Positions 1 through 10,049 of a stretch of DNA of 64,000 nt are shown here, piece after piece (position 1 is the first letter of the stretch; each line of letters opens with the position of its first letter). Made by a program: the position numbers and the translations under genes. The stretch is from positions 448,001-512,000 of the forward strand of contig JBIJDH010000002.1 of assembly GCA_044344255.1 (NCBI GenBank), given 5' to 3'. Origin of the DNA: Myxococcota bacterium (GTDB lineage Bacteria; Myxococcota_A; UBA796; UBA2385). The notes under the pieces are model-generated. The model did not search any database. It was given only the letters and a program-made list of their open reading frames with translations, and was not told the origin of the DNA.

Positions 1-261
1 CATACGGGCGACGTCCTTGCCCTCGAGGAAGACCGAGCCCTCGTTGGGGGTGTCGAGCAGCCCGACGAGGTTGAGCAGCGTCGTCTTCCCCGAGCCGGAG
101 GGGCCTGCGAAGACAGTGAACTCGCCTCGTTCGATGGTCAGATCGATGCCCTTCAAGGCGGGCACCTCGAGCTCGCCCATCGGGTAGGACTTCTTGACGC
201 CGACGAGGCGGCAGAGGGCGACCTCGGGGGCGGGATCGGGCGGGGGTCGGAGGGCGCTCAT
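1..261 (-). CDS. ABC transporter ATP-binding protein, LolD/MacB type (5' part only; runs off the window)
   Basis: Manual translation from ATG at 261: MSALRP...VKKSYPMGELEVPALKGIDLTIERGEFTVFAGPSGSGKTTLLNLVGLLDTP; Walker A GPSGSGKT. Confidence 0.9.
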   Translation of the reverse strand, partial: MSALRPPPDPAPEVALCRLVGVKKSYPMGELEVPALKGIDLTIERGEFTVFAGPSGSGKTTLLNLVGLLDTPNEGSVFLEGKDVARM

Positions 262-284
262 GGGGGTCCGCCGAAGAGGGATGG

Positions 285-1661
285 TCAGATACTAAGCCGC
301 AGCCAGGCGAGGGCCGTGAAGCGGGGCACGAGGCCGGAGAGATCGAAGGGGCCGGCGCGGAGGTCGGTCGCCGAGGGGCGAAACTCCCCGTCGTCGCCCA
401 AGGGGACCTGCGCCCCCAGGTTCGCCGCCACCCGCCCGGTGGCGAGCCAGGTGACGTAGGTGAGGTTCGTCCCGGTGCCGTCGGCGAGGTTGACGAGGGT
501 GGTGTCGGCGACGGACCACTCTTCGGTGAGGGCCCAGCGGACGAGGCCGGTGCCGTACCACCGGCCGAGGGTGCTGCGGGCCCCGTCGGCTGAGGCCGCC
601 TCCCCGCTGTCCCCCCCGCCGAGCGTGGAGGTGAAAGCGTCGCAGCCCTCGAGGACGAGGCCGCTGTCGGGGAGCCCGCCGCGGTCGTAGTGGTCCGGAG
701 CTTCGCCGGAGCCGTCGTAGTAGGCCTGTCCGGAGACGACGAGCTGCTGGAGGACGGGGAAGGAGTAGTCGGCGCCCGCCACGACGCGCAGATCGCCGTC
801 GTAGCCGCCCTCGATCCACCAACCGACGCCGAGGTCGCCCTTGAGGTCGAGGCCGATCAGGTGGGCGTCGCGGGCCCACCGCTCCTCCGAGGTGAAGGTG
901 ACGAGCGACAGATCGACGCTCGCGACATGAACGGTGCCCCGCAGGCCCGCGCGCCAGGGGGTGGGCTGAGACGCCTCGCGGAGGCTGCCCGGCAGATCGG
1001 CCACCCCGCCCACCGCGAGGAGCTGCGCGGAGGCGCCGACGGGCACGGTGGCCCGAACGGCGTCGACCCCCGCCCGCTCCCGCCACGGCTCGTTCAGGTT
1101 GACCTCGGCGAAGACATCGGTGGGGTTGAAGATCTGCGCCGAGCCCCAGGCTACGGCTTGCCGACCGAAACGGAGGTCGGCCCTGCGCAGGTCGACGTCG
1201 AGGAAGAGCCGCGGTAGGTCGAGCACGTCACCGACCGAATCGACTCGCGGCTCCGCCGAGATGTCGCAGCCGGTGAGGGCCGAGAGGTCGTCGAGGTCAT
1301 CCACGCCCATCGCCTCGAGCTGCGGATCGCCGCCGATCTGCTCGTCCATCAGGCGCACGACCTCGTCGGGGGTGTAGCGGCCGAGGCTGTAGGCGGCCTC
1401 CGCCGTGACCGTGAGCTCGATCCGATCGGAGAAGGGCTGCTCGATCGTGGGCCGGAGCCGGGCGGTCAACGCCCAAGGTTGGCCGTCGGCCTGCGTGTAG
1501 CTCCCGCGCAGCTCGGCGTATCCAGAGCCGCTCGGCGCGCGCCAGCGGCGCGGCTTGGTGTCGGGAGCAGCGGCCGTCGGGGCCGGGATGGGCGCGGGCG
1601 GCGTGTCATCGGCCCACGCGGGCGCGCCGAGCAACAGGAGGGACAACGCGCGGATCGACAT
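285..1661 (-). CDS. Secreted, probable outer-membrane beta-barrel protein (DUF1302-like) linked to the ABC transporter
   Basis: ATG at 1661 after GGAGGAGGAG; signal peptide MSIRALSLLLLGAPAWA; motif GRQAVAWGSAQIFNPTD; amphipathic strands. Confidence 0.6.
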   Translation of the reverse strand: MSIRALSLLLLGAPAWADDTPPAPIPAPTAAAPDTKPRRWRAPSGSGYAELRGSYTQADGQPWALTARLRPTIEQPFSDRIELTVTAEAAYSLGRYTPDEVVRLMDEQIGGDPQLEAMGVDDLDDLSALTGCDISAEPRVDSVGDVLDLPRLFLDVDLRRADLRFGRQAVAWGSAQIFNPTDVFAEVNLNEPWRERAGVDAVRATVPVGASAQLLAVGGVADLPGSLREASQPTPWRAGLRGTVHVASVDLSLVTFTSEERWARDAHLIGLDLKGDLGVGWWIEGGYDGDLRVVAGADYSFPVLQQLVVSGQAYYDGSGEAPDHYDRGGLPDSGLVLEGCDAFTSTLGGGDSGEAASADGARSTLGRWYGTGLVRWALTEEWSVADTTLVNLADGTGTNLTYVTWLATGRVAANLGAQVPLGDDGEFRPSATDLRAGPFDLSGLVPRFTALAWLRLSI

Positions 1662-1746
1662 GGGGCTCCTCCTCCGTTGGACGGAGGGTCTATCCGCGGC
1701 CTCGCTCAGGGGCGCCCTGCGTCTGGCGCCTGGATAGCCGGGATGG

Positions 1747-4212
1747 ATGCCGCATCGCCCTACCCGCCTCCGGCCGCTCATCATCGGGCTCGGCCTCCTG
1801 CTCGGCTCCCCGTCGGGGAGCGCGTCGCCGCCGCTGCTCCAGCCCAGCCGTCGGGGGGAGGTGGCCCCCGATCGGGCCTTTGACATCCTGGCCCTCGATC
1901 TCGACCTGCGCCTCGATCCGTCCGCCCGCGCTGTCTCTGGCGCCGCCACCTGGACGATCCATCGGCTGGCCCCCGGCCCGCTGGTGCTCGATCAGGTGGG
2001 CCTGCGCGTCGATTCGGTGGAGGACGGCGAGCGCCGGCCGGCCTGGTGGATCAGCGGCGACACGCTGGTGATCGACGGCCTCGGCGCCGAGGCCAAGGTG
2101 ACGGTGCGCTACTCCGCCACCCCCCAGCTCGGCCTCCACTTTCGGGAGGCGCGGCGGGGCGGCCCCGATCGATACGATGAGATCTGGTCTCAGGGAGAGG
2201 CCGACGACAACCGCCATTGGTTCCCCGCCTGGGACCATCCGAACGATCGGTTTGTCTACACGGGGCGGATCGCGGCCCCGGAGGGCTGGAAGGTCCTCAC
2301 GAACTCGGGCCACGACATGGTGAGCTACCTCGTGATGGTCGCCGCATCGCCGGACTACCGGGTGGTGAGCCGGCCTGCGCTGCCCGAGGCCTCCGTCTGG
2401 GTGCCGAGCGACACACCGGAGTCGGCGATCTCGCTCGTGCTCGACCCCATCCCCGAGATGATGGCCCACTTCGCCGCGCGCACCGGGGTAGCCTATCCCT
2501 GGGGCCCGTACCGCCAGGTCTTCGTACAGCGCTTCATGTACGGAGGCATGGAGAACACCTCGGCCACGGTGATGGAGGGCGGCCTCCTCCTCCCCGAGCG
2601 CCTCGCCTCCACCGGCGACCTGCGCGTCGACAGCATCGTCGCCCATGAGCTCGCGCACCAGTGGTACGGCGACCTCCTCACCTGTGACACGTGGCAGGAG
2701 CTCTGGCTGAACGAGGGCTTCGCCACCTTCATGGCCAGCGACTGGGCGCGGAGCAAGCAGGGGCCGGAGCGATACGCGCGCAACATCCGCCGTAGCTTCT
2801 TGGACAGTCTGAGCGGGCCCGCCCTGGCCGGGCGCTTTCACCAGGGCCCCGGCGCGCCCCCGAATCACAACGTCTACCAGAAGGGGCAGAGCGTCCTTCA
2901 CATGCTGCGGGTGCTGCTCGGAGAGGAGACCTTCTGGGCCGGCATCGTTCGGTACACCCGCGCGCACGCACAGGGCCTCGTCACCACCGAAGACCTTCAG
3001 CGCTCGATGGAGGCCGCGAGCGGTCGCCACCTCGACTGGTTCTTCGAGCAGTGGGTGGAGCTCCCGTACATCCCGAAGCTGACGGTGTCCGATCGCTACG
3101 AGGACGGTCGGTACAAGGTGACGATCCGACAGGAGACAGGGCCGGAACGACCTCTGTATACGATACCGCTCGACGTCGAGGTGGGCGGGCCTTCGGGGCC
3201 GGTCCACCTCCGAGGCTGGCTGGAGGGGGCGGAGGCCACCCTCGAGCTGCCGCTGGCGGCCCCGCCCACCTACGCGGTCTTCGATCCGGAGGGCGGCGTG
3301 CTGGCCGAGGTGAAGCAGAGCCAGGACGCGCCGAAGTGGGCCGCGGCCTTGGCCTCGACCTCCCCCTACGCGCGCTTGGTCGCCATCGAGGCCCTCGGCC
3401 AGACGGGCGAGCACGCGGCCCTCTCGGCGCTGCTCGCCGACGCTTCGGCTCCGCTCGTGCTGCGGGAGGCCGCCGCCGCCGCCCTCGGCGAGCAGCGGTG
3501 GGCCGAGCCCCTCCTCGCCGCCCTCGCCGATCCGAGCGCCCCCGTCCGCCGCGCCGCCGCCGCCGGCCTCGGGCGCTGCACGGGGGAGCCCGTGGTGGGG
3601 GCCCTCCGCGCGCTCTTGCTCGGCCGGGAGCCGAGCCCCGCGGTCCAGGCGGCGGCCCTGCGGGCCCTCGCGACCGTGGCCCCGAAGGCAGCCCTCCCGG
3701 TCGCGCGGCCCTTGACCCGCCGATCGGAGCCCGCGGAGGCGGAGCTGCGCGACGCCGCCGCCGACATCGTGGGTCGCGAGGGAGACGCCCAGGATCTGCC
3801 CCTGCTGCTCGACGAGCGGGCCCCCTATCGCTCCCGGGTGGCGGGGATGTACGCCGCCGCCGCCCTGGCCGCCCGGGAGCTCGATCCGACCAAGAAGGCC
3901 CGTCTCATGGCCTCCACCGCCCGCTTCGCCGAGGTGCTGCTCGACGACCTCGACATCCGGGCCCGTCAGGCGGCGATCGACGTGCTCGGGCGAGTGGGCG
4001 ATGAGGGCTCGGTCGCCCGCCTCGAGGCCCACCGGCGGGAGGATCAGGTCATCGAGACGCGCCGCGCTGCGGAGGCGGCGATCGCGGCCATCCGCGGCCG
4101 GTCCACGCCCGCGGCGCCGGCGCCGAACGAGGTCGAGGCCCGCCTCAAGGCCCTCGAGGACAAGGCGACCGCGACCCAGCGGACCTTGGACCAGTGGGCC
4201 GAGCGGCACTGA
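1747..4212 (+). CDS. M1 family aminopeptidase with C-terminal HEAT-like repeats
   Basis: GGMEN, HELAH and WLNEG motifs; Ala/Leu-rich HEAT-like repeats; N-terminal signal peptide. Confidence 0.9.
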   Translation: MPHRPTRLRPLIIGLGLLLGSPSGSASPPLLQPSRRGEVAPDRAFDILALDLDLRLDPSARAVSGAATWTIHRLAPGPLVLDQVGLRVDSVEDGERRPAWWISGDTLVIDGLGAEAKVTVRYSATPQLGLHFREARRGGPDRYDEIWSQGEADDNRHWFPAWDHPNDRFVYTGRIAAPEGWKVLTNSGHDMVSYLVMVAASPDYRVVSRPALPEASVWVPSDTPESAISLVLDPIPEMMAHFAARTGVAYPWGPYRQVFVQRFMYGGMENTSATVMEGGLLLPERLASTGDLRVDSIVAHELAHQWYGDLLTCDTWQELWLNEGFATFMASDWARSKQGPERYARNIRRSFLDSLSGPALAGRFHQGPGAPPNHNVYQKGQSVLHMLRVLLGEETFWAGIVRYTRAHAQGLVTTEDLQRSMEAASGRHLDWFFEQWVELPYIPKLTVSDRYEDGRYKVTIRQETGPERPLYTIPLDVEVGGPSGPVHLRGWLEGAEATLELPLAAPPTYAVFDPEGGVLAEVKQSQDAPKWAAALASTSPYARLVAIEALGQTGEHAALSALLADASAPLVLREAAAAALGEQRWAEPLLAALADPSAPVRRAAAAGLGRCTGEPVVGALRALLLGREPSPAVQAAALRALATVAPKAALPVARPLTRRSEPAEAELRDAAADIVGREGDAQDLPLLLDERAPYRSRVAGMYAAAALAARELDPTKKARLMASTARFAEVLLDDLDIRARQAAIDVLGRVGDEGSVARLEAHRREDQVIETRRAAEAAIAAIRGRSTPAAPAPNEVEARLKALEDKATATQRTLDQWAERH

Positions 4213-4475
4213 GTGGGTTCGACGGTCAGGGGCGCGGAGGCGCGGTACCGTGGCCGGCGGGCTGGCCGTCGAAGGCCCGTTCACCGGGGCCGCCCCCCCC
4301 CCACCGGGAGGGCGCCGAGCTCCGACGCAGGAGGCCCAGAGCGACGGGAGCTCCTGGTCCTGTTCCCGATGCGCTGCACCCGGCGCGCCACCCTCGTCGG
4401 GCCCCACTCACGTCGGAGTACCCCGCCGCGCCGAAACCGGACACCGCCCTCCTTCGCGGGTCCTATCCGATCGAG

Positions 4476-5141
4476 TCAGAGCGGCGTTGCAGGAGTCGTC
4501 TCCGGGACAACCGGGGACTGGATGGGGGCTTCCCCTAACTTCGCCTTCTGGATGATTTCCCCGGGCGCCAGTCCCTGGCTGAGAAGCTCGGCCACCCATG
4601 GCTTGATGATCTTCATTTGTACGATGTCGTTGGCCGACAGACCGAGGACCCTCATCACCCCGGCCGCGGTCATTAGCTCCACATCGGTTGCCGTCGGGGC
4701 CGCCTTTGGCAGAGGTCCCACGGGGACTTGCTCCGGCCTGTTGCTGGGAGGCGGTCGGAGAACACTGGTACAGCCGCGATTCTGAGCCGTTTTGCGTGCG
4801 GAAGTGGAGGCAACACCCGAGTCAATACCCCGGCTCACCGCGGATGTCGCCCAACCAGCGACGGCAAGAGTGGCCCCTGTCTGTGCCCTCTGAACGCCAT
4901 CACCTCCAAAATCTCCGCTCGCTGAGGCTTGTGATGCATACCCGCCCACAATTAGGCCCAACCCGGCGGTTTCCACCACCGCGAATATCGCACCCACTCC
5001 GGGGCGCTGCGAATAGAAATGTCCTGCTCCAAAGCCGATAAAACCTGATAACGCCGCCGCAGTGCCTGGCGAGGGGAGTTGTTCGTCAGGGATGCAATCT
5101 AGTGCGGTGGCGGTTTGAAGTAGAAGGAACAGGGCGAGCAT
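4476..5141 (-). CDS. Hypothetical membrane/secreted protein with TM2/DUF5683-like motif
   Basis: Signal-like N-terminus; SPGTAAALSGFIGFGAGHFY motif; visibly lower GC than flanks. Confidence 0.55.
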   Translation of the reverse strand: MLALFLLLQTATALDCIPDEQLPSPGTAAALSGFIGFGAGHFYSQRPGVGAIFAVVETAGLGLIVGGYASQASASGDFGGDGVQRAQTGATLAVAGWATSAVSRGIDSGVASTSARKTAQNRGCTSVLRPPPSNRPEQVPVGPLPKAAPTATDVELMTAAGVMRVLGLSANDIVQMKIIKPWVAELLSQGLAPGEIIQKAKLGEAPIQSPVVPETTPATPL

Positions 5142-5321
5142 CAGTCCATCCCGTATCGTAGCAAATTATGCAACCCGTAGTCCGCGTAACATCCGCTCTT
5201 TTGGTCGTCCAGTTCAGCCACCACCACATCATCTCCCACAGTCTATTCCACCCGATTCGGCGAAAAACGCCGTGACATATTGGCGCGCTTGGCCATCCTG
5301 GTGTTCTTGCCGGCTAAACAA

Positions 5322-5729
5322 TCAGTGATCTGTCGCCCCCGACTTCGCCTGTTGCTCTTGCGGCGCCAGCCGGAGGTAGAGGTTCGCCCCGAGGAGCAGG
5401 GTCTCCACGATGTCTTCGAAGGACATGCACACCGCCCCGGCCGCCGTCGGCGACACGGTCGTGGTGGTGATGCCGGGGATGGTGTTGATCTCCAGGAACC
5501 AGGGCTCCCCGGACTCGTCGATGATGAAGTCGGCGCGGGCCACGCCGTGGAGATCGAGGGCCTTGTACGCGACCACCGCCCGCTCCTGGGCGGCCTTGGC
5601 CTCGGCGTCGGGGATGGGGGTAGGTACAATGTACTCGGTCTTGCCGGCGGTGTACTTGGCCTCGAAGTCGAAGGTGCCGATGGTTGGGTGAATGGCGACC
5701 ACAGGCAGGGCTCGGCCGTCCAGCACGGC
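5322..5729 (-). pseudogene. ddl: D-Ala-D-Ala ligase C-terminal fragment, N-terminally truncated and degenerate
   Basis: AVLDGRALPVV, FDFEAKY, GVARADF, LEINTIPG match the Ddl C-domain; upstream in-frame sequence does not resemble Ddl. Confidence 0.75.
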
Positions 5730-5937
5730 GGATAGGGCGCATAAACGTAGTGGAACAGTCATCGCGCTCGGCCTGCCACAGGTCCCGGCTACCCTCGCTC
5801 TCCTGGGGTGCGGCCCCCAGAAGGCGTCGTTTGCCCCGATGGTCTCGCGGCAAACCCGCCTTCCGGTCATCGCGCAGCGGCCGCGCCGCCGGGATGCCCC
5901 CCAAGACGGGGTAGCGCCCCCACGGCGCCGGCCCGCA

Positions 5938-6516
5938 TCACTCGATGAACGTGAGCGTGGCGGAAGTGCTGCGACCGAAGTACCCGCCGCTCGCCATCGT
6001 GTAGGTGGTGCCGTTCAGGACGATCGTGGCGGAGCCGTAGTTGTAGGTGCCGTTCGCGCGGAACATGTACTTCTGGCCGAAGGAGGTGGACTGGCTAAGG
6101 CTCTGCCCACGGTAGGTCCCGTCCTCAGACCCGACGGTCGCGGACACGGTCACCGGCAGGGCCGTGCCCGAGTAGTACTCGTAGAGCTCGCCGGTGCCGG
6201 AGAGGGTGCCCGTCGAGCCGGTAGCGCTCATCGAGGACGAGCTCAAGGTGCCCGAGTAGTAGGCGAAGGAGCCGGTGCAATAGTCGTAGTTGCCCACGGA
6301 CACGTACACGTCGTTGGTGGTGGTGGGCGCGCCCGTGGAGCTCGTGTGCGAGACCGACGAGAAGCCGGAGACGGTGACGTACTGACCGGTGCAGACACCG
6401 TCGGTGTCGAAGTAGGACGCGGTGACGTAATCGCCCTTCTGGGAGGACTTGGACGGCGCGGCGAAGGCCGGGGTGGCAACGGCGAAGGCGAGCAGTGCAG
6501 CGGTGGCACGAATCAT
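5938..6516 (-). CDS. Secreted Ser/Thr/Tyr/Gly-rich beta-strand protein, function unknown
   Basis: Signal peptide MIRATAALLAFAVATPAFA; strong GC3 bias; AGGA upstream; two Cys. Confidence 0.75.
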   Translation of the reverse strand: MIRATAALLAFAVATPAFAAPSKSSQKGDYVTASYFDTDGVCTGQYVTVSGFSSVSHTSSTGAPTTTNDVYVSVGNYDYCTGSFAYYSGTLSSSSMSATGSTGTLSGTGELYEYYSGTALPVTVSATVGSEDGTYRGQSLSQSTSFGQKYMFRANGTYNYGSATIVLNGTTYTMASGGYFGRSTSATLTFIE

Positions 6517-6873
6517 GGTCAGGTCCTGGAAGCCCAGCGGAAGGAGGGGCCACCCGTGCGTCGGGTCATCGCGTCGAGTGGCGCCCGCCTCGAGTCCCCC
6601 GAGGCCGTGCTACACAGTCATACAAAAAGATCTCGGCATCCGCGACAGAAAGTTCGACGTCAGCGCACTGCACATCGCGAAGTCACATGCTTGTATGAAG
6701 CCTGCGGCGGCGGGTGGGCCCCGGGAGGCCGCCGCGCTCCGACGCCGGCTCGCCCCTTCGCTCGTCGTCGGGCCACCTTCGAACACGCTCCCGGCGGTAG
6801 GTGAGAGGGCCGCCGTCCCATCTTGCGGAGCGGCAGCGCCATCGCCGCTCTGCTCGCCGCCAGCGCCGACTGT

Positions 6874-7773
6874 TCAGAGGATGATCTCCAGCCCTTCGCG
6901 GGCGAGCTGAATGTCCGGCTCGCCGGTGGCACCCGGCTGGTATCTGGTGGTAGCGAGCGCGGCGGCGAAGACCTGCTCCAAGGCGTCGTCACTGCGCGTG
7001 GGTTCGTGGTGGGTGCAGTACAGCCGCGGCACGCCGAGCCGGCGCGCCCAGGCAACCTGGTCCTCGAAGGTGCCGTGCCCCCAGCCGACCTTGCCGGCCT
7101 TGTACTCGGCGGCGGTGTAGGAGCTGTCGGTGACGAGCAGGTCGAGGCCGGCCAGGTGCCGGTCGAGATCGGCCTGCTGGTGCTCGACCATCTGCTGGTA
7201 CTCGGCGAACTCGGCGTCCCCGGGGGCGTAGATGTTGGCCCAGGGCTCGTGGTCGCCGGTGAAGAACATGGCCTTGCCATCGCCTTCGACGCGGTAGCCG
7301 AAGTTCGTCACCGGGTGGCTCATCATCACCGGGGTGATGGTCAGGGAGCCGATAACGACGGGCTCGCCCACGGTCAGCGTCTTGTATTCGAGCTGAGCCT
7401 TCAGCTCGGCCTCGCGGATCGGGAAGTAGCTGTACTGCATCTGCACGTCCATCACCTGCTCGATGCCGCGCCCGGTGACGATGTTGAGGGGGCCGTAGAT
7501 GCGGACAGTGTTGCCGGGGATGTAGATCGGGGTGAAGAAGGGCAGCCCCTGGATGTGGTCCCAGTGGGTATGGGTGATGAAGATGTTGGCCTTCACCGGC
7601 AGTTCGCGCAGCAGATGCTGGGCGAGCGGGAAGATTCCGGTGCCGGCGTCGAGGATGACCAGGGTGCCGTCGTCACCACGCACCTCGATGCAGGTGGTGT
7701 TGCCGCCGTAACGCTGGGTGTGGGGGCCGGGTGAGGCAATCGAGCCGCGCACGCCCCAGAAGCGGACTTTCAT
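6874..7773 (-). CDS. MBL-fold metallo-hydrolase (phosphodiesterase-like)
   Basis: FWGVRGS, YGGNTTC, LDAGTG, THTHWDHIQG (HxHxDH), GWGH, HHEP. Confidence 0.9.
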   Translation of the reverse strand: MKVRFWGVRGSIASPGPHTQRYGGNTTCIEVRGDDGTLVILDAGTGIFPLAQHLLRELPVKANIFITHTHWDHIQGLPFFTPIYIPGNTVRIYGPLNIVTGRGIEQVMDVQMQYSYFPIREAELKAQLEYKTLTVGEPVVIGSLTITPVMMSHPVTNFGYRVEGDGKAMFFTGDHEPWANIYAPGDAEFAEYQQMVEHQQADLDRHLAGLDLLVTDSSYTAAEYKAGKVGWGHGTFEDQVAWARRLGVPRLYCTHHEPTRSDDALEQVFAAALATTRYQPGATGEPDIQLAREGLEIIL

Positions 7774-7780
7774 CGGCTCC

Positions 7781-8650
7781 TCATCGTTCGCTGCTCACCT
7801 GGGCGAATGTCTGCGCGTCGTCGATGAAGCGCTGCAGGTCGCCCAGCGAGGTGATGGTGGCGGCGAGATCGCCGCCGAAGCGGTGCGGCGCCGCGGGCGC
7901 CTCGCCTTCGCGCCACGGGTTGCCGCTGTCGCCGATGGCGAGCTTACGCGCGACCTGGTTGGCGACGCGCAGACAGTCCATCAGCGCCGAGGGCTTGGCG
8001 GCGGGATTGTGGTGGTCGCGGATGCAGTCGATCATGGTGTCGGGGAACTGCCAGCGGCGCGCGAGCATGGCGCCTACGAGCGCGTGGTCGGCGCCGATGG
8101 CGGCACGCTCGGCCTCGTGCAGCGGGATGTTCTCCCGGTGGCTGCGCGCCATGGCGTCGCGGAATTCGTCGGGCATGAACTGAGCGAACACGGCCTTGCC
8201 GAAGTCGTGGAGCAGGCCGGCAATGTAGGCGTCACCGGGATCCACCTCGCCTTTGGCGCCCTGGATCGCGAGCTGACGGGCGATGGAGGCGACGATCAGC
8301 GAGTGCAGCAGGTAACGCTGGATGTCAAAGCCGGCGGTGTTCATGCGCGGCAGGATGCCGACCGCGGCGAAGCCCAGCGCGAGGTTCTTGACGGTGTTGA
8401 TCCCGAGGTAGACCACCGACTGGCCAACCGAGGTGATCTTGTGCGGCAACCCATAGTAGGCCGAGTTGATGACCTTGAGGATCTTGACCGTCATCACCGG
8501 GTCTTTCTCGACGACGCCGACGAGGTCCCGGGGCATACAGTTGATGTTCCGCGTCAACTCAAGGATCTTCTGCACGCTCTTGGGGAAGGCGGGCATTCGT
8601 TCGACAGCGATGCCGAGCTCACGTTCGAGTTCGGAGGGTAATGCGGTCAC
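7781..8650 (-). CDS. HDOD domain protein
   Basis: DPVMTVKILKVINSAYY, AGLLHDFGK, DHALVG...W.FP motifs. Confidence 0.9.
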   Translation of the reverse strand: MTALPSELERELGIAVERMPAFPKSVQKILELTRNINCMPRDLVGVVEKDPVMTVKILKVINSAYYGLPHKITSVGQSVVYLGINTVKNLALGFAAVGILPRMNTAGFDIQRYLLHSLIVASIARQLAIQGAKGEVDPGDAYIAGLLHDFGKAVFAQFMPDEFRDAMARSHRENIPLHEAERAAIGADHALVGAMLARRWQFPDTMIDCIRDHHNPAAKPSALMDCLRVANQVARKLAIGDSGNPWREGEAPAAPHRFGGDLAATITSLGDLQRFIDDAQTFAQVSSER

Positions 8651-8886
8651 GGTGGGGGCTCCGGATCGCTGGTCGGGCGATTATGGAGGGGACTGAGCAC
8701 ATGAACGGCGGGGAGCGATCATGGCGGCCAGCCTACCACAGCGCGCCCCCCCCTTCGCTCTCCCAGGCACGGCCGCGAGGGGGCATCTTTTGCCCCGATC
8801 TCGGGTGCCGACGTGTCGTGCGCGTCTCCGGCCGGATGTCACGGAGGCCAAACAATGACCCCCTTGACCGTGGAGGGCCGCGCCGC

Positions 8887-10032
8887 TCAGGGGCTCGTGG
8901 CGGCGGCCCCGGCGGGCGGCGCGTCGGTCGCGGGCGCCCCTGCCTCGGCGGGCGGGGCCTCGACCACCGGCGGGGGGCCGACGATGAGGGTGGCGGTGAG
9001 CGGCAGGTGGTCAGACAGGTCGTCGCGCGGGCGGAGCACCTGCGCGGAGACGACGGTCACCGGGCCACCGTAGAAGATGTAGTCGATCTTGCGGTCGGGG
9101 TCTTTGATGCCGAAGGGGTAGTAGGTGCGGTTCGCGGCGGCGAGCTGCTGGTCTGCGAAGACCTCCTTGTACTTGGCGAAGGCGTCCTCGAGCGGGTTCC
9201 GGGCGTCGGAGTAGGCGTCGCCCTCCTTTTCGAGGCGCGAGGCGTCGTCGCCCGGGGGGAGGATGTTGAAGTCGCCGGCGAGGATCCAGGGCTGGTCGGG
9301 CGGGCGGGTGGCCATCCAGGACTCGAGCGCCTTGACCTGCTTCTCGAGCGTGCCGTCGCCCTTGGAGAAGGCCGAGAGGTGTGTCACGGCGAGGGCGAGG
9401 GGCTGGCTCCAGCCCTCCACGGGCACCTCGGCCGTGAGCAGGGCCCGCTTGAGGTTGAACACCTGTCGATAGCGGGGCTCGTTGAGCAGGGCGAGCTGGG
9501 TGCGCTCGGCGGCCTGCATCGGCGCCCGACTGAGCAAGGCGACGTTCATGTCGACCTTGCCGAGCGGCCGCGACGGCGGCGTGGGGACGAAGGGCGAGCG
9601 GTGGTAGGTGGCGCTCGCGCTGCAGGTGGCGCCGGCCGCCTCGGCGAAGATCGGCAGCTCGTCGAGCTCATGGGTGCGGGAGGAGCCGCGGTCGACCTCC
9701 TGGAGGAGGTTGATGGGGGCGTCGACCTCGCGGATCACGGCGGCCATACCCTCCACCGCGGCCTTGAGGTCAGCCTCCTCGACGAAGACGCGGTCCCCGT
9801 CATCGTAGAAGAAGTGGTAGGTGCGCGGCGCCCCGTACTGGAGGTTCCAGGACAGGATCTTGAAGGGCTGGCCGGCGACGAGCGGCGTCGGCTTGCCGGT
9901 GCAGGCCACCGTGACCGCCTCCAGCGGCGCGGGCTTGTGCTCGGTGGCGAACGCCCAGGCCACGATGCCGATGGCGAGGAGGAGGGCGAGGCCGATGAGG
10001 GCGCCGAGGATGCGGAGTGCTCGTTTTTGCAT
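8887..10032 (-). CDS. Endonuclease/exonuclease/phosphatase (EEP) family protein with N-terminal anchor
   Basis: SWNL, LLQEVD, THLS, AGDFN, IDYIF, SDHLP motifs. Confidence 0.9.
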   Translation of the reverse strand: MQKRALRILGALIGLALLLAIGIVAWAFATEHKPAPLEAVTVACTGKPTPLVAGQPFKILSWNLQYGAPRTYHFFYDDGDRVFVEEADLKAAVEGMAAVIREVDAPINLLQEVDRGSSRTHELDELPIFAEAAGATCSASATYHRSPFVPTPPSRPLGKVDMNVALLSRAPMQAAERTQLALLNEPRYRQVFNLKRALLTAEVPVEGWSQPLALAVTHLSAFSKGDGTLEKQVKALESWMATRPPDQPWILAGDFNILPPGDDASRLEKEGDAYSDARNPLEDAFAKYKEVFADQQLAAANRTYYPFGIKDPDRKIDYIFYGGPVTVVSAQVLRPRDDLSDHLPLTATLIVGPPPVVEAPPAEAGAPATDAPPAGAAATSP

Positions 10033-10049
10033 CCGCCCATCCTACCGGA

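Noticed and set aside
4293..4302. C10 homopolymer as a phase-variation site
   Set aside because: Lies between convergent gene ends, not in a CDS or evident promoter.
5322..5870. Intact 182-aa gene or VanA-type ligase
   Set aside because: The N-terminal part is not Ddl-like, most of the enzyme is missing, the omega loop keeps AKY, and there are no van genes.
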